From Hydrolagus affinis (lineage: Eukaryota), in assembly GCA_012026655.1 (NCBI GenBank), contig JAAILG010000078.1, forward strand, positions 62,001 through 126,000: a stretch of DNA of 64,000 bases, in the 5' to 3' direction. This document shows, piece after piece, positions 13,215 through 25,928 of this stretch. Below the pieces are notes generated by a model, which worked only from the letters and a program-made list of their open reading frames with translations, was not told the DNA's origin and searched no databases. The stretch's first letter is position 1, and the number at the start of each line of letters is the position of its first letter. A program made the translations under genes and the position numbers.

Positions 13215-13480
13215 GGAGCTCCTGTAGCTCAGTGGTTAGAACATTTGTCTTACTAGTGTGAGACCTGTGTTCGAATCCAGGCAGATCAGGGCAAAACCTT
13301 GGGCAAGTTTCCTTACTCCACAAGCCCAATCCATGACTGTTTGTGGGACACTGCTGTACACAATTGGCTTTGTATTTTCCCATAAATATAGTCAATTCAC
13401 TTTACAGTAAATTCTGTGAAGCACTTTGAGATGTCAATAAGATGTGAAAAGCTCTATATCAAATGCAAGGATTATTATTA
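13215..13480 (+). mobile_element. SINE, full length
   Basis: ggagctcctgTAGCTCAGTGGttag (A box)...GTTCGAATCC (B box), body, (ATT)n tail. Confidence 0.93.
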
Positions 13481-14471
13481 TAACTGACTGCATGTGGGTG
13501 TGAATTCTCTCCTTGCCACCCAGAACAGTGCTTGGTTTTGAAACCCCTGACTGCTGCCATTGATATTGCCGCCGTCTGTGTTAAGTCAATATTCCTTGAA
13601 GTAAAAAAAAGATCGGCTTCATTCCATGTGTAGTTCTCAGAGTTTTGGATTCAACCATTGTGCCAAAGTCAGAGGCGAGTTCACACCACTCAGCAATTTA
13701 TACACTGGTCTGAATACATTTCTGTGATGTGATGATTATCAACTTGTAATTCTAAAGGACATCTTTGCTTTTCGGTTGTCCGAAATGACAGTTCATTCAC
13801 CCAGTGACATTTTCTAGGTTATCTTAAGATATTTTACTGAGATTTGGCTTGAATTTCGAGTTTAATTGTAGACTTCTGAGGATTTTGATTAATTGAGTGA
13901 TAGGGTTGCAAAGTTAGCTCACGTTGGTACTGTACATTGTTCTGATATTAAAAAGCGAGAATGTTATACACCTAAATGTCATCTTGCCTGGGGCCTGCTT
14001 GGTGATCCCACTGTTTTGTCAATTAAAGTGCAGAGCGGATTTATTTTAAAAGCAAACCTACAAAAGCATAGAATGTAGACAGAGATTTGCAGTATAGTTC
14101 TTTAAAGTGTCTGTTTTTGCATATCACAATTTTCTCTCCTAATAAATGTGCTTTTTTAAAGTTTTGATTTATTAGTCTTGCTCTACTGAGTGCACTTGGC
14201 AAACTATGCTTACTTCTTTCATGTATCTGGGTAAGTCTGACATTACATACAGCTATTGTGCTACACCTTAAGCAACACTGCACTGGTTCTGTCAAAGATT
14301 ATACACCAACAGTGACCTATTACTGTCTGAGGTCATCTGTTTTGATACAGAATGTACTGCATTTTATTACAGAGCACATTATGATCACTTCACCTCAACC
14401 AGGAGCTAGATCTGTAGTTTCAAAAGAGAAGCTGTTATGCTGTACTCTTTGTATCTTCAACTCTACTAGAA

Positions 14472-14882
14472 TCCAAGATCCTGGTCTTCGCTTTCAAGGC
14501 CATCCATTGGCTTGCCCCCTCCTACCTCTCTGACCTGCTGACTCCCTACCAACCTGCCCGCTCCCTCCATTCATTGGGCTCCAGTTTGCTCCATGTCTCT
14601 CACCCGACCCACCCTACCATCAGTGGCTGGGCTTTCAGCTTCTCTACCCCCACACTCTGCAACTCACAGTTCCTCCGCCTTGCTTCCTCGCTTGCCTACT
14701 TCAAGGCCAGTCTCAAGACCCTCCTTTTTGACCATGGCTTTAGCTGCCCTCCCACCTCTCTATCTCGCCTCACCCCTAACCTGCCCCTCCAACAAGCTTG
14801 TGTCCCAACCCAAGACTGTTCAGAGCCTTGAGACATCCTCCCAATGTGAAAGGCGTTCTATAAATGTAATTTTGTTATTGTT
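14472..14882 (+). mobile_element. L2 LINE 3' end (ORF2 C-terminus and tail)
   Basis: Frame gives TISGWAFS...LCNS...SLAYFKASLKTLLFD, typical of the L2 ORF2 C-terminus; tail gccttgagacatcctcccaatgtgaaaggcgttctataaatgtaattttgttattgttg. Confidence 0.9.
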
Positions 14883-15944
14883 GTACTGTTATCATTTTAT
14901 TAAAATAACAGGTGGAATCTACCTAACAAAGCACATTAGAGATAAGTCTGTGCGAGAGAAGATTGCACATTCCTTAATCCATTTGTTATTTCTCCTTCAC
15001 AAGGTGCACTTTATGGGCTCCAATAAATGCTGTTGGGGCCTTCTACTTGGATACACTGTTTCTTGGCTGCCTGATGAAAGACCTTGTAGCAATGTTGTTA
15101 GCTGCTGGAAGTTGCCATGCGACCACGCCCCAATGAACTTGGAAATTAGAAATCATCTTTTCTGAGATTTAATTTCAAGAAGTAGGCTATTTGTTCAGAT
15201 TTGGTCAACTTCTGAACCCTTAGATTCAGATGGGTGTATCTGTCTTAAATTGCTTCAGTGAGAAGCACTGTTACCCATAAGTAGGAAGTTCTAGAGGATG
15301 AGATGAAATAGATTAAAGGGGTTCTTAGGATCTAGTATAAAGGGCCTCTCTTGGGATCTAATGGCTTAGTTGCTGAGAGCTTATTCCCATATGGGTGTAC
15401 TGAAGTGGGTGTAAGTCTTAATGAGGGATTTAAAAATAGCTAAACAAGGGGGAAGTCGGAGGGATAAAGTGAGGTACATTCCTTCTTTCTTTTTATCAGA
15501 ATCTTTGTGATGTGAGGGACGCAGAATAGAGGTTGCAGTAGTTTATTCTGACCTGGTTCAGTCTGTGGGAAACATGCTCAATGCCTAATCCTTGCCTGCA
15601 TTGTGCAGTGTACTCTTCCAGCCTTTTATGGTTCTCATCTTTAAAAATTGATATCATGCCAGTTTAAAAAATATGCAACTGTAATATTGTGTGGAACTTT
15701 TTTATTTTTCATAGGCTTGTACTGCATATAAAATCAAACACTAAAATGGCTGGAAAGGTAATAGCTGTTTTGTATATGAAATGCTACTCATTTAGTTATT
15801 CTTCTCTTGTTAACTACAGTACAAGTTGTGCAAGGGCAGAAGCACTGGAGTTGTGGATTTTATCCCACTTGCTGCAGTGTCTGAAACATCTTATTTTAAT
15901 TGGTGTCAGTTTGCTTCATGTCTCCCCACCTGATTTTCCCAACC

Positions 15945-16215
15945 TTTGATGGGCAAATGTTTAGCTATCCTACTCCCACTCTCTAGAACTACAACCAAAG
16001 TCCCTCCATTTTGCTCCCTCCCTTCTCATCTTTAAAGCTCACCCTAAGATCTATCTTTTTGACTGTATTTTCAGTCAGCTTTTCCCACTCCATTGACTCT
16101 CTTTAGTTCTCTCCACTCTCTCTACCGCCAAATGGGCTCCCAATCAACTATGTGAAGTCCCTTTGAGACATCCTTCTAACTTGAAAGACATTATATAGAT
16201 GTAAATTACTGTTGA
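15945..16215 (+). mobile_element. L2 LINE 3' end, decayed
   Basis: tttaaagctcaccctaagatctatctttttgac (FK..LK.YLFD) and tail tgtgaagtccctttgagacatcc...tatagatgtaaattactgttg. Confidence 0.75.
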
Positions 16216-19169
16216 TGAATTTGCTCAGCACTTTCCCCTAGTAAAGTGCACTGTAGTATAATAATCCTTTAATTTGATATAGTGCCTTATCACATCTTTG
16301 AGACGTCTATAATTTAAGAGTTATTAATTGTGTCCTGTGTAACATCATTGCTGTATTATTATGTATTATTTAATAAACATGGCTCCACTATCATGTGTAA
16401 CTATTCCCTTTCCCCATGTCTCATGGGACCTCCAAACATCTTACCCAACATGTTGCTCATTGGACCTCATTTCTGGACTCTGTCAGGTACTCAGTGGAAA
16501 TGAGTAACTAGTCTAAACCTTACAAATAATATTTTATCCCATGACAGTGTTGATGTTTGAACACTTTGATAGTAAATCACTTGTATTTATATACCTCAAG
16601 TACATAATCAGAAAAAAATTGCATGTTTTCAATTTTGTCCTATACAGTCAGACCCATTCAATGGGAGTAGTATTCATTCTGTCTTGAGACTTTGGGAGCG
16701 TATAAAAATCAGTCAAGGGGCTGTGGTCAGATTCATTCTCCAGCAGCAGCATTTCTCTCACAACACACTGATACCATTGATTTCATCACCTATCAGGCAA
16801 AGTGAATTATATACAGGTTATTATTTATAATGTTGATGTATCCCATGGAAATATGCTACAGAATCAGTAAACTGACTCACATATCCTTTGATTGTGTTAT
16901 TGTCATTGCCCCGTTTCAATTCATTAATCAGTGAGTCAAAAATATTATTCAAATTATTTAAACCTCCAAGAACAAAGCTAAATAGTTTTGAATGGAGATT
17001 GAAAGACAATTGTTTCCGCTCAACAGTTGTAGACTGACGACATCGCATATTAACATTGTAACATTCGTACTATGAATCAAAGCGTAAGGAGTTTTACAAT
17101 TGGGAACATTGTTCTTGTGATTATTATTTTAAAATTAGTTTTAGAAGAATACTCCTTTTGCTTCCCTGATGGTTTAGTGGGTAAAGGCTCTTCCCAGCCG
17201 AGCACAGCACCAAACTGGAGTCTCCTATACAATATTCAGCAATTCCTACCAGTAATTAGAAGTACATTTTGCCAGGATCACCGGAACTTGACTCCAATCT
17301 GGTCAACTACTGGTAAAGGGACTTCCCATAGGTTGGAATAATGAACTTCCAGTTACCAAAGCAGCGATTCCTATTACAACTTGCTTTATTTTACACTCAT
17401 ATCGACCAGAAGAAGGTTTGATTTAGAACAACACCAACAATTTTACATTTTTATAGCACCTTTCACATTGGGAGTTAATCAATCTCAGCTGAGGTAGAAA
17501 TTCAAGCATTAAACATGCCTCAGGACCCTGAGTAGGTAAGAGTGACACCCAAGATATGTGGGATGTATTTATAAACCACATCCTCTTAACAAATGGATGT
17601 AAGGGTCAATTCTCCCTTCCTCCTCTCCTGAAAACACTATCCCAGTCTGGGGTTAGGTTCTGTGCATGTCAGCAGCTCTCTGGTATCTCACCAAAGGATC
17701 TTTTCTCATATCTGAGCCTAGACAGTGAGTGTCGGCAGACAATTCAATTTTGAGGGCATAACTGCTGAGTCCAATCATATTCTCAACCCTGTCTATACAA
17801 GATCACTTGTGTAAGGATGTATAAAACCATTTGTACTGGAAAGCTTATCTTACATTATTACACGTAATACGTTGCAACCATAACACAATTTTTGTGTGAT
17901 GTGAGATGATCATTACTTTACATCCCCCCAAAATAAAAAAAATCACTGAGCAATTAGAACCATTAATACAATGATATTTTCTTTGTTACACTAACTTGAG
18001 CAGCTCTCTTTTTTTAAAAAAAAAGCTGCTCCAGCAGCTATAAATTTAAACCAATCCAAAGCTTTTGCAGTTCTCTAAAAACAGAGGACTCTTTTCAGTT
18101 ACCTGCTATAGTTTACAGACTCACAGCTCTGAACAATTAACCGCTGACTTGCCCTTTCATTGTGACTAAGTGACTAATATCTACATTGGCTCCAAGAAAG
18201 ACACTTTTCACAATCGCCCAATGATCTGCTAAGTGAAAACACATGCAGGAGCTTATGTGATGCCTGTGAGGGGTCCTTATTGAATGGAAAACAGGTGTGT
18301 GAGTTTTGTGCCATGTAATACCCCATTTAGCCCCGAGTACAAAGGTTACAGGACTAATGGGTGCCTTGTGCTGCACAGGGAAGGCTGAGGTACAGGCTGA
18401 GGTTAAACATCTGGGACATATTTCACATACTTGCAACATATGCTTCAGTTTCAATTAGAATGAGGCTTTGGCACATTTATTAATCTTTTACTTTCATCTT
18501 CTAAAGTGCCTCTGACCTGGCCTTAATATTTTTCAGCATGAACAAACAGAGCAATAATGAAAAAGAGTTTCTACCTGCTAGCACGAGAACAGGCAAATTT
18601 GTTGCACAGTGAACTTCAATTTATCGTGAACCTAGAAGAAAACATAATGGCTGCAAAAAGGAAAAGAATCCCTCTGGAGAGAAAATATCAAATCCTTTAA
18701 TCTGACCATTGCATTAGATCATGATGAATAAGCCCTGCCTTTAGAAACCTATTTTTACTTTCCATACTGTGCGTCCCACATACCCCACAAGTCCTCCACA
18801 GACATTTTAAGGGTTTTGTTGATAATAATACTACCACAAATAAAAAAAGATATTCAGTTATGTGAGTGAAACAATAAATGCTCCCTTACTTGGAAGGAAT
18901 GAAAAGAGGGGTTTGTGGATTGTGCAGTTGTTTAAAATTAGGAAACGAATGAAGGTGCTTTCCGTGTCCATCTTATGTTCTGAATTTATATTTCAGTCAT
19001 CAATTTAACAGACCTCACTTTTCTGGAGATTATCAATTTGCTTTCAACAGCTTGCTCTTCTATGGTAGGATGAAAGTTGAAGCAATTCACAAATTAATAT
19101 GGATTACTGATCTGGGAGGAAATGAGAGAACCTTTCAGTGAGTGGAGCAAAGGCACAATTAAAAAGGGA

Positions 19170-19350
19170 TGGTTTCTGTTGAAGATTTTGGAAGAAGGGA
19201 TAGAACGGCAAGGCAAAGTGTTTTGGTGAGAGAGTTACAGAGATTGGGTCTACACTGGCTGAAGGCTTCACCCCCGATAGCAGGATAAAGTACGTGAAGA
19301 ACAAGCAATGACCAGAGTGTGATGAGAGGAAGAGACGGGCAGGAGAACAG
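19170..19350 (-). mobile_element. L2 LINE fragment, decayed
   Basis: gagagagttacagagattggg...tggctgaaggcttcaccccc parallels 33135-33180. Confidence 0.65.
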
Positions 19351-21249
19351 AGCTTTCCCTTTACTGCATTTCAGAGGGCACTTTTGATTGCATTCTCGTG
19401 CAAGTGTTGGAGCTTTAATGTGTGTCGCTGGTTTTCAAGAGAATAAAATGTCAGCAATGTACAATTTCCATTTCATTATGGAGCTGCTGGCCAGGGAGTG
19501 CTAATAAGGTCAGAAGAAATTACCTCTGCCACAGAAGTTTCAATAATTCCTTCTGTTCCAATGGGGACTACTTGGTATTTCACACGATTAATTCGAGCAT
19601 GAACAAAAAGTTACAGCCTACCACTCACGGTACCTTGTGAAGTCAACCTGATGCTGCAGTGTACAATGTCCATTGTTGGCTATTTAAATATCGATATATT
19701 CAATGCACTCTAATAGATCAGCAATCAGCCAAAATTATTTGTTTGACATAATTCTAATGATTAAAATAGATTATTCCATTAAATGGACCACCTGGTTCAC
19801 ACTCTAAGCATTTTTATTGGGCGAAACAAGGACCAAAAAAAATCACATGAGGCTCAAGGGTTTATCCTAAATAAAATGACAGACCCTGGAGGTTGTACAG
19901 GTTGTAATATAATCAGCTTCGCACAATGTTACAAATGGTTTGACTTTGGAACTCTTTGTATTCACGCTGTGTTGCCCATTATTCCCTTAATACAATTTAG
20001 ACAGGGAGATGAATACCTTGCTACTCCTGCACAATAAATATCTTGGTAATAGAAATGTTATTTACTTGAGAATATGCATTGAGTGACAACATTTGCAACA
20101 ACCTTAAACCTGTTAATCTCAGGAGATGAGATCAGTTTGATGCAATGTTTTGTGTTGAACCAGCACCACCTTTACAGTGTAACTGCAGTTTTAATGAACT
20201 CAATCCAAATGACCAGATCACCTTGAAGTGGCAGTATCAGACAGCTGGCGTCTGCATTTGAGTAAAAAAAAGCCAATACAAAACAAAAGGTTCGACTTCT
20301 GGCTGACTCATCCCAATAGCTTTCTGCTGCAGAAGATGCACTACAACTTGCCATCTAATTATGTATTTGCCTCAATTTGAGGCACAATTACAGCTGATTT
20401 AAAATGTTCAAATATATTAACTTTCCACTGAAACTGGAAAATATGGTAGTTGGTATCCAGCCCTTACATATTAAGAGAAATAGAATGAACACATTTCTTG
20501 AACAGTTGTGCTCAACAGCTTAACGACAACTTGTATTTGTATAGAGTCCTTCACAAGTCACGGAGTGCTTAAGGATTTGAAGCATATTGGAAGAAACATC
20601 TAAATTATGTGGTTGGAAAAGAACTCAGGAATATGGGAATGTTGCTGGTCTTCCAGCCTTGCCACTTGAAAAAGGGCCCTAGCAGTGTAAACTGCATCTC
20701 TAGCAGGGAACCATTATACATCAGACTAACTCGCTGGTTGGTTGGTTCTAAGGTTATCTTAAGTCGCAGCTGAGGTTTTGCAAATGAAAGTATTATAAAT
20801 ACGGTTTACATTACAAGGCTTTTCCAGTAGTCACTCTACAGACAGACTAACATTTTCCTGAGGAGCAAATTTTCAATCCCAAACTGTGTGTAATATATAA
20901 TCCATATATAATTATTGAAATAAATAAGAGACAGGAAGTGAACTTTATCACTTTAGGATGACTCTCCCCTCTCCACTAGTTTGTATATTATTTTGTTACT
21001 ATAATTCATTATTAACTTAAATAAGAATAATAGTGTTTTTCTATTACTGGACCCAAGTTTAATCTACTGACTACATACACATTTTCCCCTATATGTTATC
21101 AAAGATAAGATTCCCTGCTTGTGATTTTCTGCAAGTAGTAAAACCAGTTTTAAGACACTATGGTAACATGGATTTTATGAAGATAAACATAAATGTGGCT
21201 AACAAGATGTAAATAGGAAACAACGCAAAGAAAAGATAGTTCTCTATGG

Positions 21250-21345
21250 TCTGCTTCACTTTTCAGATAATGTCATGAGCTCTTTAACATGCACCTTGAA
21301 AGGCAAGTGGATTTTTATCTGAAGTTTAATAGCTGCTTCATTTGT
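21250..21345 (-). mobile_element. DeuSINE core-domain relic
   Basis: tgtcatgagctctttaacatgcacc is the reverse complement of the Deu core seen at 40630-40653 (ggtggatgttaaagatcccatggca). Confidence 0.55.
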
Positions 21346-22387
21346 GAAGTTCCAATCTTGTTATAACAAGCAATGTTACCATGTCTCTGCTTATAGATTG
21401 GGTTTATTGTGGACTATACACTTCTGACATTGCCGAGCTGGCTTCCTGTGTATAGCGCGCACGCCTTTATGCTCAGCATGTGCCATTGACATAATTTCCT
21501 GTGTGTTGTGCATTGCTTGTTATGTGCAGGAAGTGACGCCATCAGCACCTGACAACCGGGTGGCCATTTTCAGCCTCATTATACCCAGGGTCTAAGCTTA
21601 TAGACACAAACTACCATGTTAGAACTGGGTTGGCCTGTAATACATACAGTGTTAAATCAAGAAAATATTCACAATGAATCATCATAAAAAGTACAACATA
21701 AATCTGGTTTTAGGAATGTCAATTTGACCTTCAGCCTCGCTCCAATAAGCAGCTCTAGGAAATAGTTTAAAAATTGCAATGATGAAATTCTGTTCCAATA
21801 ATGGTTTCACCCTACAAGATTCCAAGGCATCCTTGACTCTTTACTAACATTAAAAATGTAACTGATGTTTGGTATCAGTGTAAAGAGAGTTGCAGAAGCG
21901 TTTGATGCGTATCCTCAGAACTCATCGCCTGGCAAGGGCGATTCAGAGCTGAAAATATAAATGCTGTTTTACACCCTGAAGTGAAAGGCATCACTCTGAT
22001 GAAGGCATCAGATAAACCTTGTATTCTTGTCATTCCAGGAAACACAGCAGCAATCCAAGTTGTCCTTCGGAAACCTTTACAGCTGTTATCTTACCAAAGT
22101 CACGATATGCAAGGCATGCCAATTGACGTTTTACTGCATGATGTACGCGCACACACTCGCCAAAAAAATGTCTGACCCAGTCACAGGCTAAAGAATAGGA
22201 TTTATTGCTGGCATTCCCCTTTCCCAATGTGCATGCTAACAAGTTGTTAGGATGATAAACAGCTCTGTCCAATTATCTCCACTCAAACTCTTCAACTAAC
22301 TCTTTCTGGTTTGCAGGACCCCATCAGGTCTAAAAACAACAGCCACTGATTCCTGAGGGAAAGGAAAAGTGCTCCAAAGATAATTAC

Positions 22388-22447
22388 CTTGTCAACTTTG
22401 ACATCATCATCTTCCTCATACTCCATCAAGTTCTCCTCTAATTCTTG
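22388..22447 (-). CDS. Candidate 60-nt internal coding exon QELEENLMEYEEDDDVKVDK, unidentified gene
   Basis: Minus strand: long polypyrimidine tract tttcactttctttttttccctctcaacag|CAAGAA...GACAAG|gtaatt; purine-rich; only the phase-0 frame is open; length is a multiple of 3. Confidence 0.65.
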
Positions 22448-23074
22448 CTGTTGAGAGGGAAAAAAAGAAAGTGAAACGGTCATCAAGAAAGAACAGGAAA
22501 CACTATACTACTCTGTCACTTGGATTCCACAGTATTTAGGTTACAAAAACGTGCCTTTTAAATAACACTAGTTATATATAATTTTAACCTCTCTTTCAAG
22601 GACCTTGACAATGAGAAAGAAAGATGAAAGCAAGAAAACTGGGGCATAACATCCTGCCTGAACTGCTGTAAAGCCACAGGAACTCTGAAAAATTGTATTT
22701 TAAGAACATCAGTTATTATTCCCCTGCTCAATGCTATGCATCATTTCTTGCCAAAAATACAGGAAAATGACCTCCTGCTAATGCTACTCTGAAACTGGGA
22801 AATGCATAAAAGAAGCCTGTGAGTAACTGTCGTTCCAATTTTCCTTCTTATTCTGATTATTAGTGACATTCAAGAACTCTGCACTGTGGAGACCAAAACG
22901 ACACGTCTTTTAACTCTGTGGGCCTCCAAGGATCTAATTTTGCAAGATTTGCAAAGTGTTCTGTACATAGAAAATCCTGGATGTGTTGTGGCTGATCCTC
23001 TTGAACTCCGGCTTACTATTGATGCCTGAGTTTTCATGTCACTAGGCCATGCTCTCTGGAATTCCTTTTCAAAG

Positions 23075-23250
23075 CTCAGTCTGCCTCGAAGCCCCCATCT
23101 CTCTTTACCATTTAGATCCTGCTTTGGTCAGCTCTCTCCTTCCCCATTACTTCCCTCCTTGCTTGGATTTCCACTCTGGCTCTATAAAGCACCTTGGGGC
23201 ATCCTCCCAATGTGAAAGGCACTGTACAAATGTAATTTGGTATTGTATTG
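23075..23250 (+). mobile_element. L2 LINE 3' end
   Basis: Tail aagcaccttggggcatcctcccaatgtgaaaggcactgtacaaatgtaatttggtattgtattg. Confidence 0.75.
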
Positions 23251-25708
23251 TATAAATTGCTTTCAGTCTTAAGTGAAAGCACTGAATGAAGTTTTTATTG
23301 TTGAAGTTGAAACTGAGATTAGTTTGTAAGTGGAGTTCAGAGGGTTGACTGTGATACAACAGGATTTGTTTTTGCAAATCTCGCAAATTATACAGCTCAA
23401 TGTATGTTATAGGATTTTTCATTTGATTTAAAGTTAATACAAGAAATATTAAAGGGGAGTCACCGCTTCTTTAAAGAGTTTCCAGCAGGCTCAGTTACTG
23501 GAGAATCCTGCATACAACCTCAGTTGCTTCCCTGGTTTGATGGTGAACAAGACAAAGCGGTGGTACAATTGAGTCAATATTAATCCAGCACAAAAATCTA
23601 CTGTTTCTTAACAAACTATGATCGAAATCTTAAAATGACTGATGGCTGATGAGAATTTCTTTGAGCTATGTGATCAGACAATTTTAGTATTTTACCCTGA
23701 AGTGGAATTGTTCTGCTCTATAGCCCAGCTGTACACTGAGAAAACTCATTCCATATGTGTCCAACAGCCCTGGCACCTGAATCTGGAACAATCTGTCTGA
23801 GACATTATCAATGTACTGCCAGTATACTCCGTGATATGGTCCAAATACAGAATACTGATACACCATTGAACTGATCCACTGAAAGGCTCACAGCCTGGAA
23901 ACCCTTTTCCCCTTTCCTATCCCCTACACACATGAAGCCCCCCACCCACCCCCCACCCCGCCAATCTATGGATGTGCTGAGTACGGATGAACTCTAGAAA
24001 GAAAATGACAAGTTGAGAACAACCTCAGTGATTGATGCACATGAGTATTCAGTCCCATATACCCATAGTGACATTCAGCATTGACCTGAAAACGAAGTGC
24101 CTGCCCTTCCTTTAGTTACAGTGGTCAATGGGAGCCAACAAAACAGGAGAAAATAAGACAAAATGGGGAAAGACATTTTTAAAAAAAATCACTATTTGAA
24201 TAGTAATAAATAAATCAAAAATGATTTTGTATTGAAATTATAAAAGGCTAATATTTTTGACTGAAAAATCAAAGCTTTCGATAGCACTTAGAGGCAAGGG
24301 GGCTATTTCCCCCTTTTCAGAAAGTTACCAAGAATAGGAATAGGTTACACTTGCAATTGTTCACTCCTCAGCTTAGTAAATGTAGTGAGAAGGAAACAAT
24401 TACATGAATAGGTTTAAATAAGAGTTGACTGAATGTTGGATACACTGAGGACTGTTTTACATTGATCATTAAAATAATCGATTTCCGAATGTAAAAACGC
24501 ATGAAAAGATGGCTTCAGTGAATCAGACAAAGTTAGAACCCCAGTCATAAAAGCTCAGCCTCTAGGCTATTGATTCCAGAAATGGATGGGTGGACAGATG
24601 CACTCAGTATCAGTTTCTTTATTGTTTGCAGCCAACACCAGGACTTAACTCACAGAACACAACATTGTTAAAGAACATGCACACACAGCTCCGTGTAACT
24701 GAAACCACTTCTGAAATATTATCAGGTGTTCAATTGACCTGAACAAGAATAGACCAGTAACAAGATTTTAATGGCACAAAATGATTTTTTTGTGGCAGAT
24801 GGTGAAAACTCTTTTAGTAAAAAATAAATAAAATACACATATCTGGATTCACACCACAATTACTGAACAATTACCTCACAGTTAGCAGCAACAGTGATCT
24901 TTGTGGAGCAAAATGTGGGTATCCAGTGTCCAATTCAATAGTTGCAGTCTGGACATTGAGTATTTATATCTCAAATAAAACCAGCATCGGGAATCTCAAA
25001 AAAAAAGGGTTGTGCCATTGTTCCATTTGCACCTCAAACTAGTCAATGTAATGAGGTAATGATATTCTGATAGGCTATAGTCTTGGGAATAACTGAATTA
25101 TTGGACACACGACTGCTTTAAAACAACTAAAATTAAATTGCAACTTGTGCAATTAATTAATTAATTCATTGTAATTCATCAGCAAATATTATCTACTACT
25201 ATTTAGGTAAAGGCATAAATTTTGTTCACCTTGCTCCTTGTGAATTTAAGGAAGAAAAGTTTTTGAGAGAAGGATATTCTGGTTAACTTTGCAGTATTTC
25301 TTCAGCAAAAATCTGAAAGTATGCCACACAAGTCCCTCATTCCAGAGAACTCCATCCAAAAAATGAATTCAGATGGAGCAGCATTCCAATTATGCAAACA
25401 TCAGTTTTCTGGTACAGTTATGCTTGCAAGTACATGGTCTACAGTTTTGTGTTGATGCCTTGCCCAATGTGAAAGATTGTGGACAAACACAAAAATTTAA
25501 GGTTTTAGGTAGCTTAACAAGGTAAACTGGGCATTCAATAGAGCTGATAGTGCCACAGGTAGGATTGGGAAGAAGAATCTAATTGCAATGGAATTCAATG
25601 GCATCAACAAAAGGAAGTCTAGATTCTCAGTGAGTTTTCCTGATCACTGCTGCTTTTGAGTGGAGGGATTTAACTGTTTATAATTCTGGCAATTTCCAAC
25701 CTCACAGG

Positions 25709-25713
<5 letters not shown>

Positions 25714-25739
<26 letters not shown>
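25714..25739 (+). repeat. (GA)n microsatellite
   Basis: Perfect GA dinucleotide run. Confidence 0.95.
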
Positions 25740-25745
<6 letters not shown>

Positions 25746-25865
25746 TCAAGTCATTATGGCCAGCATCTTTAGATGAACAGTGGATGAAGTTTTTTTTTAA
25801 AAAAAAGTAATGACTTCAAAATGGAAGATAATATTTTTCAAAGAAAATGAATGTGTTTGAATTAA

Positions 25866-25928
25866 CGCCTTGGGGCGTGCTCCTGATGTGAAAGGTACTT
25901 TATAAATGTAATCATGTTGTTGTTGTTG
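25866..25928 (+). mobile_element. Isolated L2 3' tail
   Basis: cgccttggggcgtgctcctgatgtgaaaggtactttataaatgtaatcatgttgttgttgttg. Confidence 0.8.

Noticed and set aside
13215-13282. tRNA-like sequence with A and B boxes (also at 43523 and 49517)
   Set aside because: SINE heads continuous with SINE bodies; no complete cloverleaf acceptor stem
14593-15165. 190-aa ORF, the longest in the track
   Set aside because: Off-frame read-through of an L2 3' end into flanking DNA
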